Source: Ginkgo biloba (lineage: Eukaryota; Plantae; Ginkgophyta). Taken from it: 21,666 nt of DNA. The position numbers and the translations under genes were made by a program. The notes under the pieces are model-generated. The model did not search any database and was not told where the DNA came from. It was given only the letters and a program-made list of their open reading frames with translations. The stretch spans positions 206,330,597 to 206,352,262 of the forward strand of contig JANKJI020000002.1 of the NCBI GenBank assembly GCA_024626585.2, given 5' to 3'. Shown piece after piece: positions 1-10,962 of this stretch (positions are counted from its first letter, which is position 1; each line of letters begins with the position of its first letter).

Positions 1-719
1 CAAAAAATTCTTCACTATGGGCAATCCAGCTTACACGAAGTAAGCCAACCAACACGCTAGTGAGAGAATTTGTTCAAGAAAGTTTAATTTTTGTCTTTCA
101 GTAATGAAAAGCGTCAAAAAACGGAGAAATTCTCAACAAATAACAATTCTAGACTTTTTTCGTCAGTTGACAGAAAATGAACAACAACAACTGACGGACT
201 TTGGTTCAATGGCAACTGACGACAAAAAGATCAACACTTGATAGAAATTTTATAAAGTTAAAAACTTTATAAAGATTTTAAAAAATTCCAAGAAAAAAAG
301 AGCCTTGCATCATCGCTGCTCAATTTCACCCCGATTTTGAAAAATTTCTTTGAGTCTTTTACTGAATCCCTTTGGAAACTGTCGATTCGAACTTCAAAGT
401 CAAAATTCGTTGCTTAGAACTTAGATTTGAAAAAAAATGCAATCTTTCCGACAACAGTTTCTTCTCCCCACTCCTTGCATAATCTTCACAGTGGCATTCT
501 TCCCTGCTCACAACTCAACGTTGCTCTTTGTTCCTAAGATGTCACAGTTCTGCTTGAAATAGTTTCCATGCATGATTTTACAAAAAGCTTTCCGTTTACA
601 GAATAGAGAAACCTGTTCACTACTCTCCGACGAAGTTCCAAAAGAACAATGTCCGCCAAGATTTCCTTGAACAAAATGGACCACACTTTCTCTATCACCT
701 GGATTATACATTTCTATCC

Positions 720-729
720 CTTATATAAG
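720..729. promoter_or_regulatory. Palindromic TATA-like box CTTATATAAG
   Basis: Read directly. It sits at the edge of a relatively CpG-retaining 700-bp segment. Function is not demonstrated. Confidence 0.25.
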
Positions 730-1310
730 ACCCTTTCTCCTCCTTGTACATATATATGCGTGTGATTTAATGAATACTATATTTGTGGCTACCCTTAGAA
801 CGTGAAGAAATACGATACCATGTTCATATGATGAAGACATGAAATAATATGTGCACTTACATAGTATGACAAAAAAAATCCAAAAAACATAAATAGAGAT
901 TTGGNNNNNNNNNNNNNNNNNNNNNNNNNNNNNNNNNNNNNNNNNNNNNNNNNNNNNNNNNNNNNNNNNNNNNNNNNNNNNAAGATACTTTAGGTACTAT
1001 GTGATTAGATATAATATCTTAGCACAACCTCCCATAATATTCTAAGCAAGATCAACATAAGCCTCAAAAGAATAATTGGACAATAAATAAAAATCTCTCC
1101 TTATTAATCCACAATATGCTATGCACAAGTCTCAATACTTGGTGGAAAGAGATTATAATTACATTAACCAAAGGTCCAATGATCTAAGAGACCATTCCTC
1201 TAAAAAGTTGNNNNNNNNNNNNNNNNNNNNNNNNNNNNNNNNNNNNNNNNNNNNNNNNNNNNNNNNNNNNNNNNNNNNNNNNNNNNNNNNNNNNNNNNNN
1301 NNNNNNNNNN

Positions 1311-2560
1311 GGTAGGTTGGTGCAACCATGGTGATTTCTTTTACTCATAGGGTTTTCCAACTTGGGGTTATTGGTGTAGCCCTAGGATTCAACCAGTTAA
1401 CCACAACACTATTAGTAAAGGTGGATAATTCCTTTCATGGAGGGGTTATCCTAATGCCAAACAAGGCCATCATGGTCTACACCTAGCATCCCTGACCGAG
1501 CAACATTGAGCAAGGGAATCAAATAGATCTTTAATAGTTGTTGGGTGTTGACCATTGCATTTATGCACTAGAGGTTTCGCTGCCCAGTTTCTTCAAGCCC
1601 TTTAAGCAATCCCCATGGCCAACAAAAGGTGTTTGAAATGCTACCTGCAAGTCAACCCTAGTTTAGAAGTCCTTAAACCTGTAATTTAACATATTAGCAT
1701 AATAGTTGTCATAAATTAACATAGTTAAACCACTGTTATGTATGGGATTTTACTACGGACTTAATTTATGGTTGTTTTTCATTTCTGAATACGTGACTTC
1801 GCCTCACTCTCTTATGCATTCCTTATTATTAGGTATAGATCTAATTAGTCTATTTTGTAGGTTTAGAGGAGCAAGTTGTTACATGGCTTAATGTCCAAGT
1901 TACTATTCTTCTCATGTAGCCTCTGTTATTCTAATTGCTACTCCTTCCCTTCCTCTGTTTTGTCAGATTTTTAGCTATATATTATATAATCATAACGAAA
2001 ATCTGATACCATTTTTAATGGTCTTTGAACGGACTATTGCTGAATAACATAGAGTAGATACGCAATGGAAGAAAGAAATGAGACATAATAGCGAATTAAG
2101 GTCAAAACTGTCTTCCACCTTCTAAAAATAGATCAAGGTCAGATATACAAAAAAGAAAATAGTTTAGAAGTCGAAAGATGATTTACAAACATCTATTTCA
2201 ATCATACATTTCTTCATGAACTAATGATTAAATGGACCTCCTCCTAGCCTATTTATAGCTCCAAGTCGACCACTAACCCTCCCAATGTGTATGCATCAAT
2301 ATTGGAGTTAAAATTAAGTCTGGCTTGCCTACTTGAGCCCAATTTTAAGGTACCTCATTCTTTGCTTGCCAAGATGACCTTGTTAGGTCATTTTTTGCCT
2401 TCCATTGTTATGCACAAGAAGAGGTTGGTGTCTAAACCTCTACAAGGGCTAAGAATCTCTCTTGGTTGTAAGTTAAGGTTCACAAGACTCTCCTCTTTCT
2501 CTCGGTGTGCATCTGTTTTCAACTTCAATCATCTGTCTTAGTCACAACCTTCACTATATG
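1311..2560 (-). mobile_element. LTR retrotransposon 5' relic: LTR fragment, tRNA-Met PBS and leader
   Basis: TCTGATACCA at 2002-2011 is TGGTATCAGA on the minus strand (tRNA-iMet PBS core). CTATAAATA, a TATA box on the minus strand, lies at 2250-2258 in the upstream LTR-like segment. Boundaries are approximate. Confidence 0.55.
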
Positions 2561-4316
2561 GCATAGAATAGAATAACCCTTTCATCAAATATGTAATTTT
2601 TATGATTATTGTGGGAAGCTTTTGTATCAAGTAGATTCCTTTTGAAGAATATGAATTTTGAGCTTAAAAGTCTAAATACATGATCTGAAAACTCTGTATC
2701 TTCAGATTTATCAGTCTAAAAGAGAAAGTAAAGCTTTGTTCTAGTTAAATGCTAGTCATTTGAAACAAAAACTTGTACTTAGTTTGCTTTTCTTAAAACA
2801 TTTTTTCTAAAATGTTATTAAAAGATAATTAAAAAGATCATCGAAGTCTAATTTTTCTTCTAGTTTTTGTAGGATAATGTTTAGATCTTGGAAAGTGACT
2901 TGTTGTTTTCAGGATTTAAGCCTTGGAGAACAATAAATATGTTGAAATTATGCTAGTCTTAAGGAATTCAACTAGCTTTTGTATGTCAATATGGAAAGCA
3001 AAGAACAACTTTTAATTGGTTGATTTGAATTCTNNNNNNNNNNNNNNNNNNNNNNNNNNNNNNNNNNNNNNNNNNNNNNNNNNNNNNNNNNNNNNNNNNN
3101 NNNNNNNNNNNNNNNNNNNNNNNNNNNNNNNNNATTTTCACTGCTACGTTCGCTGCTGCCTGTCCTGTTGCTTCTGCTGCTATTTCTGCTGTCAACAGAT
3201 ACAAAGGAAGATACTTTGCAAAGAAAATTTTTATTTTTCAGGTTGCATTTTGTTTATGAAATTTTAGTGAAGGTAATGTAGAAACTAGAAAGAAAGTTTT
3301 AATTTGGAATAGAATGTTGGTCATCTCCACTCAAGAATGCTTGTGATTTGGCAAATGTTCATCAATTATCTTGACTAATTTGATGAGCAGTGGATTTGAT
3401 CATTTCTCTTTTCAAGGCATTATTATTTTCTTTCAAACAGGAATTATAATCTTGGTCCTTGTTGGATGAAATATCTTGGAATTATAATCTAACTCGCTTT
3501 CTGTTATTTAGATATTTCTTTATTTTATCTTTTCAAGAGTTATAGAATGGTATACCCAGCCACTTGACACTCGCAATAGTCATATTCCATGCAGACAATT
3601 CACATCATCATGGGACTCTGCTAAGTGAATCAGTGGTCATAGTGTTATTTGGCATTTCATCTACTATTCAGTGTCCAGGCTATCATCGATTTGATGTAGA
3701 AGTTTCATTTAGAAGACAACTCAGAGAGTTTTTTCAATTTATTTTCAATTTGAATTATTTTAACTTTTTCTATAGGAGGAATAAAACACAGTAGCCAATA
3801 ATACAAAAGACAAAAAAACAATAGCAGTCAAATCAAACAAACAACTATGGGCTGTACGAGGCATCTCTACCTTTATGGTTACTGCAATGCAGTCCAATTG
3901 GAAGGGTGTAATATCATCATGAACAAACATGCAATAAAAAAAGTAAAAAAAAAAGGAGAAAAAATGTAACTATTGCCGATACTGTCTCCTTTTCAGAAAC
4001 CTTTGGTGTTTTCTTGTTTCATGTGACTTAGCCCTTAGGACTTTCTACATTTGGAAACGAAATTAAGTGATTGCAGATGGTAGAACACGCATAACAGGCA
4101 ACTTGTTGCAAGTGAAAAGAAACAACTAGCAAAGCAATCTACATATTAATGGATCAAGCAAAATGTACAGCACATGCATTCATTGAGGGAGAACAATTTC
4201 ATAGCAGTTACAATTTCTAATGAATACAATTCACTTTCTAGTGTTCAGGCTATGAAATGAACCATATCATAGTAGGAATAGAGATAGAACGCTGAAAATG
4301 AAATGATGATTCTTAC

Positions 4317-4543
4317 CGGTATAGAGACTGGCTTTTCATTATGTAAAACGTGAACAAAAAAGCTGTGATTCTGTTCTCCTGAACTCATTGCCTTTCCAGT
4401 TATGCTTCCCTGAGCCGGGCACTTGTAGAGGACAAGCATATTATTTGCTGCAAAAGGAGCTACTATACTGCCTCTCCATCTCCTTTGTTGAGGGGGTTTA
4501 GGTGGAGGCTGCAAAGGATGCTCACTCTGAATTCTTTGTAAGT
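4317..4543 (-). CDS. MINPP1: Internal exon of MINPP1-like phosphatase, C-terminal part
   Basis: Minus strand reads ttgtttcag|ACTTAC...ATACCG|gtaaga. The 227 nt (phase 1 to 0) translate as (D)LQRIQSEHPLQPPPKPPQQRRWRGSIVAPFAANNMLVLYKCP...FFVHVLHNEKPVSIP, matching the plant MINPP pattern PPKPPQxRxWRGSxVAPFAxNNMLVLYxCP...VLHNE. It lies within ORF 4245..4559. Confidence 0.95.
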
Positions 4544-4920
4544 CTGAAACAATAAACATTTTATATAATAGAATGAAAATAGAGGCAAAGGAAGCCCTCT
4601 ATATATAAAAACAAAGTATATATAGNNNNNNNNNNNNNNNNNNNNNNNNNNNNNNNNNNNNNNNNNNNNNNNNNNNNNNNNNNNNNNNNNNNNNNNNNNN
4701 NNNNNNNNNNNNNNNNNNNNNNNNNTTTGAAAAAAACAACACTAAAAGAAAATGACAATTTCATTGCAATCTAAGTAATAACAACGTTAAAAGATCAGAA
4801 AGAAGACTGGTATGAGTTAGAAAATGCAAAAGACAATTTGAAAAGCATATACAATTACAATTAATGATTGGCAAACTAAACAAATAACTTTCTCTTCTAG
4901 TGAACAAAGAATTTACTCAC
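4544..4920 (-). other. Short GT-AG intron of the MINPP1-like gene
   Basis: gtgagt donor, T-rich body and tttcag acceptor; contains one N gap. Confidence 0.9.
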
Positions 4921-5025
4921 CAGAGACTTCAAGAAACAGACCAAGGAGACAGGTAAATGGTATGACAGTTTCTGCATGCGCAAATCTTAACCGAGCCTTT
5001 TCAACAGAGCCTGGAATATGAGGAT
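4921..5025 (-). CDS. MINPP1: Internal exon of MINPP1-like phosphatase carrying the HAE catalytic motif
   Basis: Minus strand reads gatttcag|ATCCTCAT...GTCTCTG|gtgagt. The 105 nt (phase 1 to 1) translate as (D)PHIPGSVEKARLRFAHAETVIPFTCLLGLFLEVS. RFAHAET is the MINPP-type proton-donor motif. Confidence 0.95.
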
Positions 5026-6134
5026 CTGAAATCAAAAGCCACACAAGTCAAAATAAATCATAATCAACACAGATGAAGAAATAAACTAAAACCAGTGAAT
5101 TCGACTGAGTAATACAAAGTCCTATAGATTAAGTAATGTTCCAAGAAGAGGACTCACAAACAAGAAACAAGAAGCAAAAAATACATGTGCTATTAATATC
5201 ATTGATTAATGCAGTTAAGGTTCTAGCAATTAGTCAATATTAATCTAAGTTATTGTCCCTATCTTGATAGAGGGAACTCCTTCGCAGGAAAAAACACATT
5301 TGAGGAAACATCCATTTTATAATGAATGGGAACTTAATCCTGAAATACAAGGTAACAAATATTACAATCCATAGGGTAGTGAGACAAAAGAACAAGATTT
5401 ACTACAAGTAATTATCATTGAAGTTGGAGACAAGACACTAGAAACTTGTGAATAATCAAAATAAAAAAACCTCTATGTGGATTCCATATCCTTTGGAACC
5501 CAAGTAAGGGGTTAGACCCCATGCATAATTTGATGACTAGGTGGGGATTGTGCATCCTTAGTGAAAGAAGTTAGAATCTCTGGTACTAAGGATCATATCA
5601 TACTCTATAGTTGATACCTGTAAACAAAATATGGTGAGTGAAGGGGATGGAAGATGAAGATCACTCACTAGTGATGGTGAAAGGATACATGAGTGAACAA
5701 GACGAGAAGACTCCAACTAGGGGAAGAAACAAGGAGAATAGGGAGATGGATTCATCAGAGGATAATAATCCATGTAATTGAATGAAATTGTGGTTAGGAC
5801 CAGTCCATCATACCACACATTATGGAATGATGACATGATGGCCAACAAGAAAGGGATAGCATAGTACTAGCATTTATAGATGCACCAGAAAGGCGCTAAA
5901 TCCAGTGTATGGAGATAAAATAGGAAGAGAATATGATAGTTGTAGATGGGTAAATATAATCCACAATAATCCTATGTAAAATGGGAGAAGAGTAGACCCC
6001 ACAAGTACACTGGTGGAGTCAAGATGCAAAATAAGTATATAAAGTATAGCAGTAGCAGTGACAAGTCAATACCAAAAGAAAAAGAATGAGATGGAAGAAT
6101 GGTACAAGGCCTTTTCCACTTCAATTAATATCAT

Positions 6135-6165
6135 TTATTATTATTATTATTTTCTTTTTTTATTT

Positions 6166-6197
<32 letters not shown>
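6135..6197. repeat. Microsatellites (TTA)5 and (AT)15
   Basis: (TTA)n at 6135-6151 and (AT)15 at 6168-6197, read directly. Confidence 0.95.
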
Positions 6198-6200
<3 letters not shown>

Positions 6201-7535
6201 CTCCTCTCTTTTTTTTTCAATCATTTTTGTCACGTACATTTTTTCTATAGTTGAGAGCATGGTAGAACCCATATTTTTCACTCCCAACCCAAAATATAAA
6301 AAAATTCCAATATATCCAATCCAACACAACTCAAAATATGAAATTTGCATANNNNNNNNNNNNNNNNNNNNNNNNNNNNNNNNNNNNNNNNNNNNNNNNN
6401 NNNNNNNNNNNNNNNNNNNNNNNNNNNNNNNNNNNNNNNNNNNNNNNNNNNGATATACCTAAAGAGGGGAGTTAAGGATTTAAATCCACCTAATAACCCT
6501 CAGGATATCATGAGAATATCGTTAAAGGTGAAAAGAACTAGATTCTAACAAGGAATCCAGGTGAGGTCAACCGAGTGGCCTGGTAGGCATGTGTAAAGTG
6601 AATGAATTATTTATGTTCTTTAAGAATGTGAGTAGAAAATAGAGACATAAATAAAAATTAAGAACCTACAAGAATCAAAGGTACTCAGAATTTCTTATAA
6701 CTGTTGAAAGGAAATTATAAGGCTAGAGCTGCAAGCTTGACTACTTTCAGTAACATGACGAATAACCAATCAATGTCTCTGAATAAGAACTAATCCAAGA
6801 CATAAAACTGAAATATTAACAAGTGATTGGTTGCATTTTGACCCTTTTATATCCCTTACAATGCAAAAAGGTTGTATTAGGAATGTTCAGGTTTTGTCTA
6901 CTGTCTGTCCACTATTTGTCAATTGCCTGTTTACACTTCACATCCTGTTGAATATTTCCCAGATCTTTAGTCCAAAACCAGATAATGAGGATTTGGAAAG
7001 AAAGTTCTTACCATACTTAAGAAAAAGTTTCCAACCAGGCCTTTTATTTTCAATATCATGCGTCTAATGGAACAGGCTAGCAAGAAGGAATGAATTGTAT
7101 CAAGGAAATGAGATTGAGGAGTGGCACTCAAAGAAAAATGACAATGAAGCAAGAGTCGTCTAAGGGCCTGTACAAAGTCTGAGAGTCAAGAGTTAATCGA
7201 ACATCAATGCTATCAGTGCTCCTATCATAAAGAAGAGGTACCACCTATCAAGAATAAATAAAAATATTAGGAGTTGTAGTTCGAGAGATTTATTGATTAG
7301 GAGAAAATAGACTACTATCCCTTCTTCACTAAGTGTGTCATTGGGTTAAGCCATGAGAAGCCTTAACATTGAGTCACATAGCACAAATATGGTAGTGGAG
7401 GATACCCCTTAGGAAGAACATTCTTTAAACCCCTAGTTAGTGAAATTAATGAACCAATAGGGAGGGTTCAATAAAATAGGTATGGTTTCTATACTTGATT
7501 TTAGTAAATATAATTCCTCATTTATTTTTTATCCC

Positions 7536-8143
7536 AATAAGAAGACCATGCAAGTGAGAGTTGCAAGGCCAAAGTCTTCTAAATTTAAAGTGAAGGTCAC
7601 CCCATTGAATTCCATTGTATAGGAGATTAAGTTAGATATTAACCAATCAATAACTCAAGAAATTGTGAATTTTCACAAAGTCTCATTTGAGGCTTTATAG
7701 TCAAAGATTGAAGGATTATTGCAAGAGAATGCTCAATTAAAAGGGAAGAATTTAGTACTAGAAGAATGAATAAAAGAGTATGAGTTGAATTTTTATCCTC
7801 TAATAATGGTGTATCCCATTAAGGTTGTCAATCCTTCAACTTATATGGAGCTGTAGAAAAAGATCCATAGTGCCAGTACATGTAAAAATGATTTCTTATA
7901 ATACACACAAGGAGTGGTAGAAGATATGGTGCAATGGGGATCACAGCTATGGGAGCTAGCCAATAGAGTCACATATTTGATCAAGAGAACCTCTTCATGT
8001 CTTGAAATATATTCTAAATCCCTAAATGAATTGGATGAATTCATGAAAGGTGATTTTGTTGAGTATAGTGAGTTTGTGAATAAAGAAAATGGAGAACCTT
8101 ATCCTTGGGTGGAAGAAATTAATGAATTTAGAGAATCTTTCAT
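7536..8143 (+). pseudogene. Decayed coiled-coil ORF, probably an extra ORF of an LTR retrotransposon
   Basis: About 200 codons in one frame (NKKTMQVRVARPK...KIEGLLQENAQLKGKNLVLEE*IKEYE...VVEDMVQWGSQLWELANRV...). It has five in-frame stops, each explicable as a C>T change from Gln/Arg codons, and runs into an N gap. The TE assignment is inference from context. Confidence 0.5.
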
Positions 8144-8243
8144 NNNNNNNNNNNNNNNNNNNNNNNNNNNNNNNNNNNNNNNNNNNNNNNNNNNNNNNNN
8201 NNNNNNNNNNNNNNNNNNNNNNNNNNNNNNNNNNNNNNNNNNN

Positions 8244-8498
8244 TCACCTTGAAGAGAAATAAATTGGAATTATGAGGGTGGAATAGTTATAAATAAGAAA
8301 GTGAGTTAATGTGCAAGACCTAGGTACCAGAGCATAGGTGTAGGTGTGAGAGGGTTATCCTATGTATTGGACATGAATGATGCATGATAAATGATGACTG
8401 TATGCATATTGTGTGTGTATCTGCCTGATTGTGCACATATATAATAATGTGTGTGAGTAATTAATGCATATCTAACTAGTTTGTGTGATGTTAACCCA
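8244..8498 (+). mobile_element. LTR fragment (TATA/R/U5 part), same family as 10077-10306
   Basis: Shares colinear blocks with 10077-10306, including TATGAGGGTG-AATAGTTATAAATAAGA, TTATCCTATGT and GATTGTGCACATATATAATAATGTGTG..AGTAATTAATGCATATC. Confidence 0.75.
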
Positions 8499-8570
8499 NN
8501 NNNNNNNNNNNNNNNNNNNNNNNNNNNNNNNNNNNNNNNNNNNNNNNNNNNNNNNNNNNNNNNNNNNNNN

Positions 8571-9110
8571 AAAATTCAGAGGTTGCCCTAACAAACTTTT
8601 GCAACGCCTGTCATGTTGACTAGGCAAAAAAGATCTATTCAGTATTGTGGGCATTTCAAACAACGCAAAAGTGAACCGCAGGAGAAACACCGCTCTAGGT
8701 GGTATATGGACTGGAAGTCATCATCCAGATAGAGTTTGTGGCGCCTAGTCTATGTGTTGCTCTTGAGTGTCATCTGGGGGACGAGGAATCTGTCACTCAT
8801 AGGTCGCAATAGCTGTTTTATTTAGAAGAGCAACAAACCTTCACCTTGGGGACATTGGAGGCAGAGAAGCAACAATAGAAGGCNNNNNNNNNNACCACCA
8901 CATTAAAGCCCCAACTTTCCAGGAAGGCGATAAAGTGTCATTATACGACAAGAAGTTTCACACCAAGCCAAAAAAACTTAAAATGCAATGGCTTGGACCA
9001 TATATCGTTCAACTCTTATAAGATAATGGCACAATTCTGTTACAACAATTTCATGACAACAAACTATCAATATTGGTAAATGTATGTTGTACTTAGCCAA
9101 ATCAAGATTA
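8571..9110 (+). mobile_element. Ty3/gypsy integrase C-terminal relic
   Basis: Translation VD*AKKIYSVLWAFQTTQK*TAGETPL*VVYGLEVII...HHIKAPTFQEGDKVSLYDKKFHTKPKKLKMQWLGPYIV matches the gypsy integrase pattern DW...LWAYRTT..TG.TPF.LVYG and F..GD.V...KL...W.GPY (GPY/F module). Several stop codons. Confidence 0.9.
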
Positions 9111-9499
9111 AGCACCCTGGCAGAAGGGGAAAATGTACCATAGACATGTTGCAGTAGTAGTATTTATAGAAACAAATCCAAAAGACTTTGAAGATAATCT
9201 AAAGGAAACAAAAATGAAAAGAACATAAAAACAAATCGGTACCTTACAGTTTATCATCTTGTGATTACATCTCACCCTGCCTTGAGGTAAGGGCCAACTA
9301 GATGATAATCTGGCCAGCTGCAAAGTAGTAGCTTTTTCCAACAAGAGAAGTAGCAAGTGTGTGTCGTACTAGGCAAAGAACTCAGGTATTGTTTGTGGGT
9401 GCGGAAAGAGCTGATCATCAAAGATCCCCACCCAATTCTTGAGCTCCCCTTACAAAATTAAAACTCCTACTCATCTTGCTTAAAGGAGANNNNNNNNNN

Positions 9500-10327
9500 T
9501 ATAATTGTGGCCAACTAGATGTTAGAAGGATAATATCAAGCAGTTGTTGGTGGTTGATTCAAATAAAATTTTCTGCTCAAATTCCAAGAATCCAACAGGT
9601 ACAGCAGATTACAGAAGATACCATGCTAGATGACATCACCAAATGATGTACAACCAGCATTTAACAACTAGCATTAATGATAGGTACCAAAGCAACAAAG
9701 GAATGATGATGTTAGCACAGACGGCATGTAGTGCAGTCAGAAATTGTATAATCTGATGCATGCCACATGCAGTTGTACAGTAGGAAGGATGATGTAAACA
9801 TTCAATCTATGATGTCAGCAGCATTTGGTGCAGGCCTGCCGCACTTAACGAGCAGAAAGGGTTGCATATAGAGAGGACAGATCAGGTTTGCATGGCCCAT
9901 GGCTGACATCATTTAAGACATCAACATATGACATGCTGAGACCAGCATTAATGATGCATTTATTGTTACATTAACATCAGAGATAGGAGATTAAAGGCAC
10001 ATTTATTAGAGATGATAAACCAAGCATTCGTTAAAACTTAATAACAATGAGAGGGCACGTGTACAGTTATGTCGTTTCACCTCGAAGAGACATGTCAATT
10101 GACATTTATGAGGGTGAAATAGTTATAAATAAGACAGAGAGTGAATGTGTTAGATGTGAGAGGCTTATCCTATGTTATGGGCATACATGTTGCATAATAA
10201 AAGATGATTGTGTCAATATTGCCTGTGCATCTCCACGATTGTGCACATATATAATAATGTGTGAGTAATTAATGCATATCAAAATATCTTGTGTGATGCT
10301 GGCCCATTGCTAATTATGGTCTTCACA
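9500..10327 (+). mobile_element. Putative 3' LTR downstream of the integrase relic
   Basis: Preceded by a purine tract running into Ns (9482-9489, possible PPT), contains TATAAATA near 10124, and ends in ...TCTTCACA (CA terminus) at 10327. Its 3' part is repeated at 8244-8498. The left boundary is approximate. Confidence 0.65.
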
Positions 10328-10492
10328 TGTAGGACCAACTTCTAGTCAATAGAGCCTACTGACACTTTTTGTAGTTTTTGTTCCTCCCATCATCTCTATG
10401 TCATCTTCTAGTCGATCTTGGCCCTCACCTGTATTAATTAGCATAGAAAGAGAAGAATGAGTCCACTTCCATTCTCAATAATGATCCAATAC

Positions 10493-10962
10493 CCGAGTTA
10501 CTAAGAGATAGGGGCAGGGATTGGCACGGGTATAGGACACGATGCTTCTCAAAATTTTAGGATAGGAGCCAACAAATTTTAGGGTTTAAAAAAATATATA
10601 TACGAAATATTATCTATATAACAAATATGAAAATAGACATATCACACAAAAAACAAAATACCTGAAACATGATGCATAAATAATTAAATACTTGAACCTT
10701 TAAAGACTAACCATAATACTCAAAATTTGAAAGTTTAGGGGCATTTTTCTCTTTTAGATTATCTTTTTAATTCTTTTCATTTTCTTTGGAAAAACAAAAA
10801 TTCAAAAAATAAAGGAAACAACATTTTTTGGGGGTTATACACTTGGGGTACAGCCCAAAAATGTTTCCAAGTTGTTTCTAAGCCGCTCCCAAGGCGTACC
10901 CGCTCTCGAACCATATCAAATACAGAAACGGGCGACCTATGGGGCAAATTCGAGTAACTTAG
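10493..10962. mobile_element. Non-autonomous hAT-type MITE, 470 bp
   Basis: Imperfect TIRs CCGAGTTACT...AGTAACTTAG. 8-bp target duplication TCCAATAC (10485-10492) versus TCTAATAC (10963-10970), 7/8 identical. GC-richer subtermini flank an AT-rich core, with no ORF. 8-bp TSDs are characteristic of hAT elements. Confidence 0.85.

Noticed and set aside
168-180. TGACAGAA, the start of miR156
   Set aside because: The match stops after 8 nt and there is no precursor fold-back.
1470-1495. tcag|GGATGC (G-C) as the missing MINPP exon
   Set aside because: The third codon is TAG.
3134-3200. Cys-rich (CCLSCCFCCYFCC) or Ala-rich peptide
   Set aside because: Low-complexity CTG-rich tract next to a gap, with no start, splice support or family motif.
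5280-6120. Purine-rich segment resembling a retroelement leader
   Set aside because: No PBS, LTR boundary or protein motif that I can verify, so it is left unannotated.
6058-6462. Longest listed ORF (134 aa) with a hydrophobic YIYIYI stretch
   Set aside because: It is a translation of the (TTA)n/(AT)n microsatellites plus an N gap.
6462-6472. AAGAGGGGGAG polypurine-tract-like motif
   Set aside because: It is not followed by a TG LTR start and lies just after a gap.
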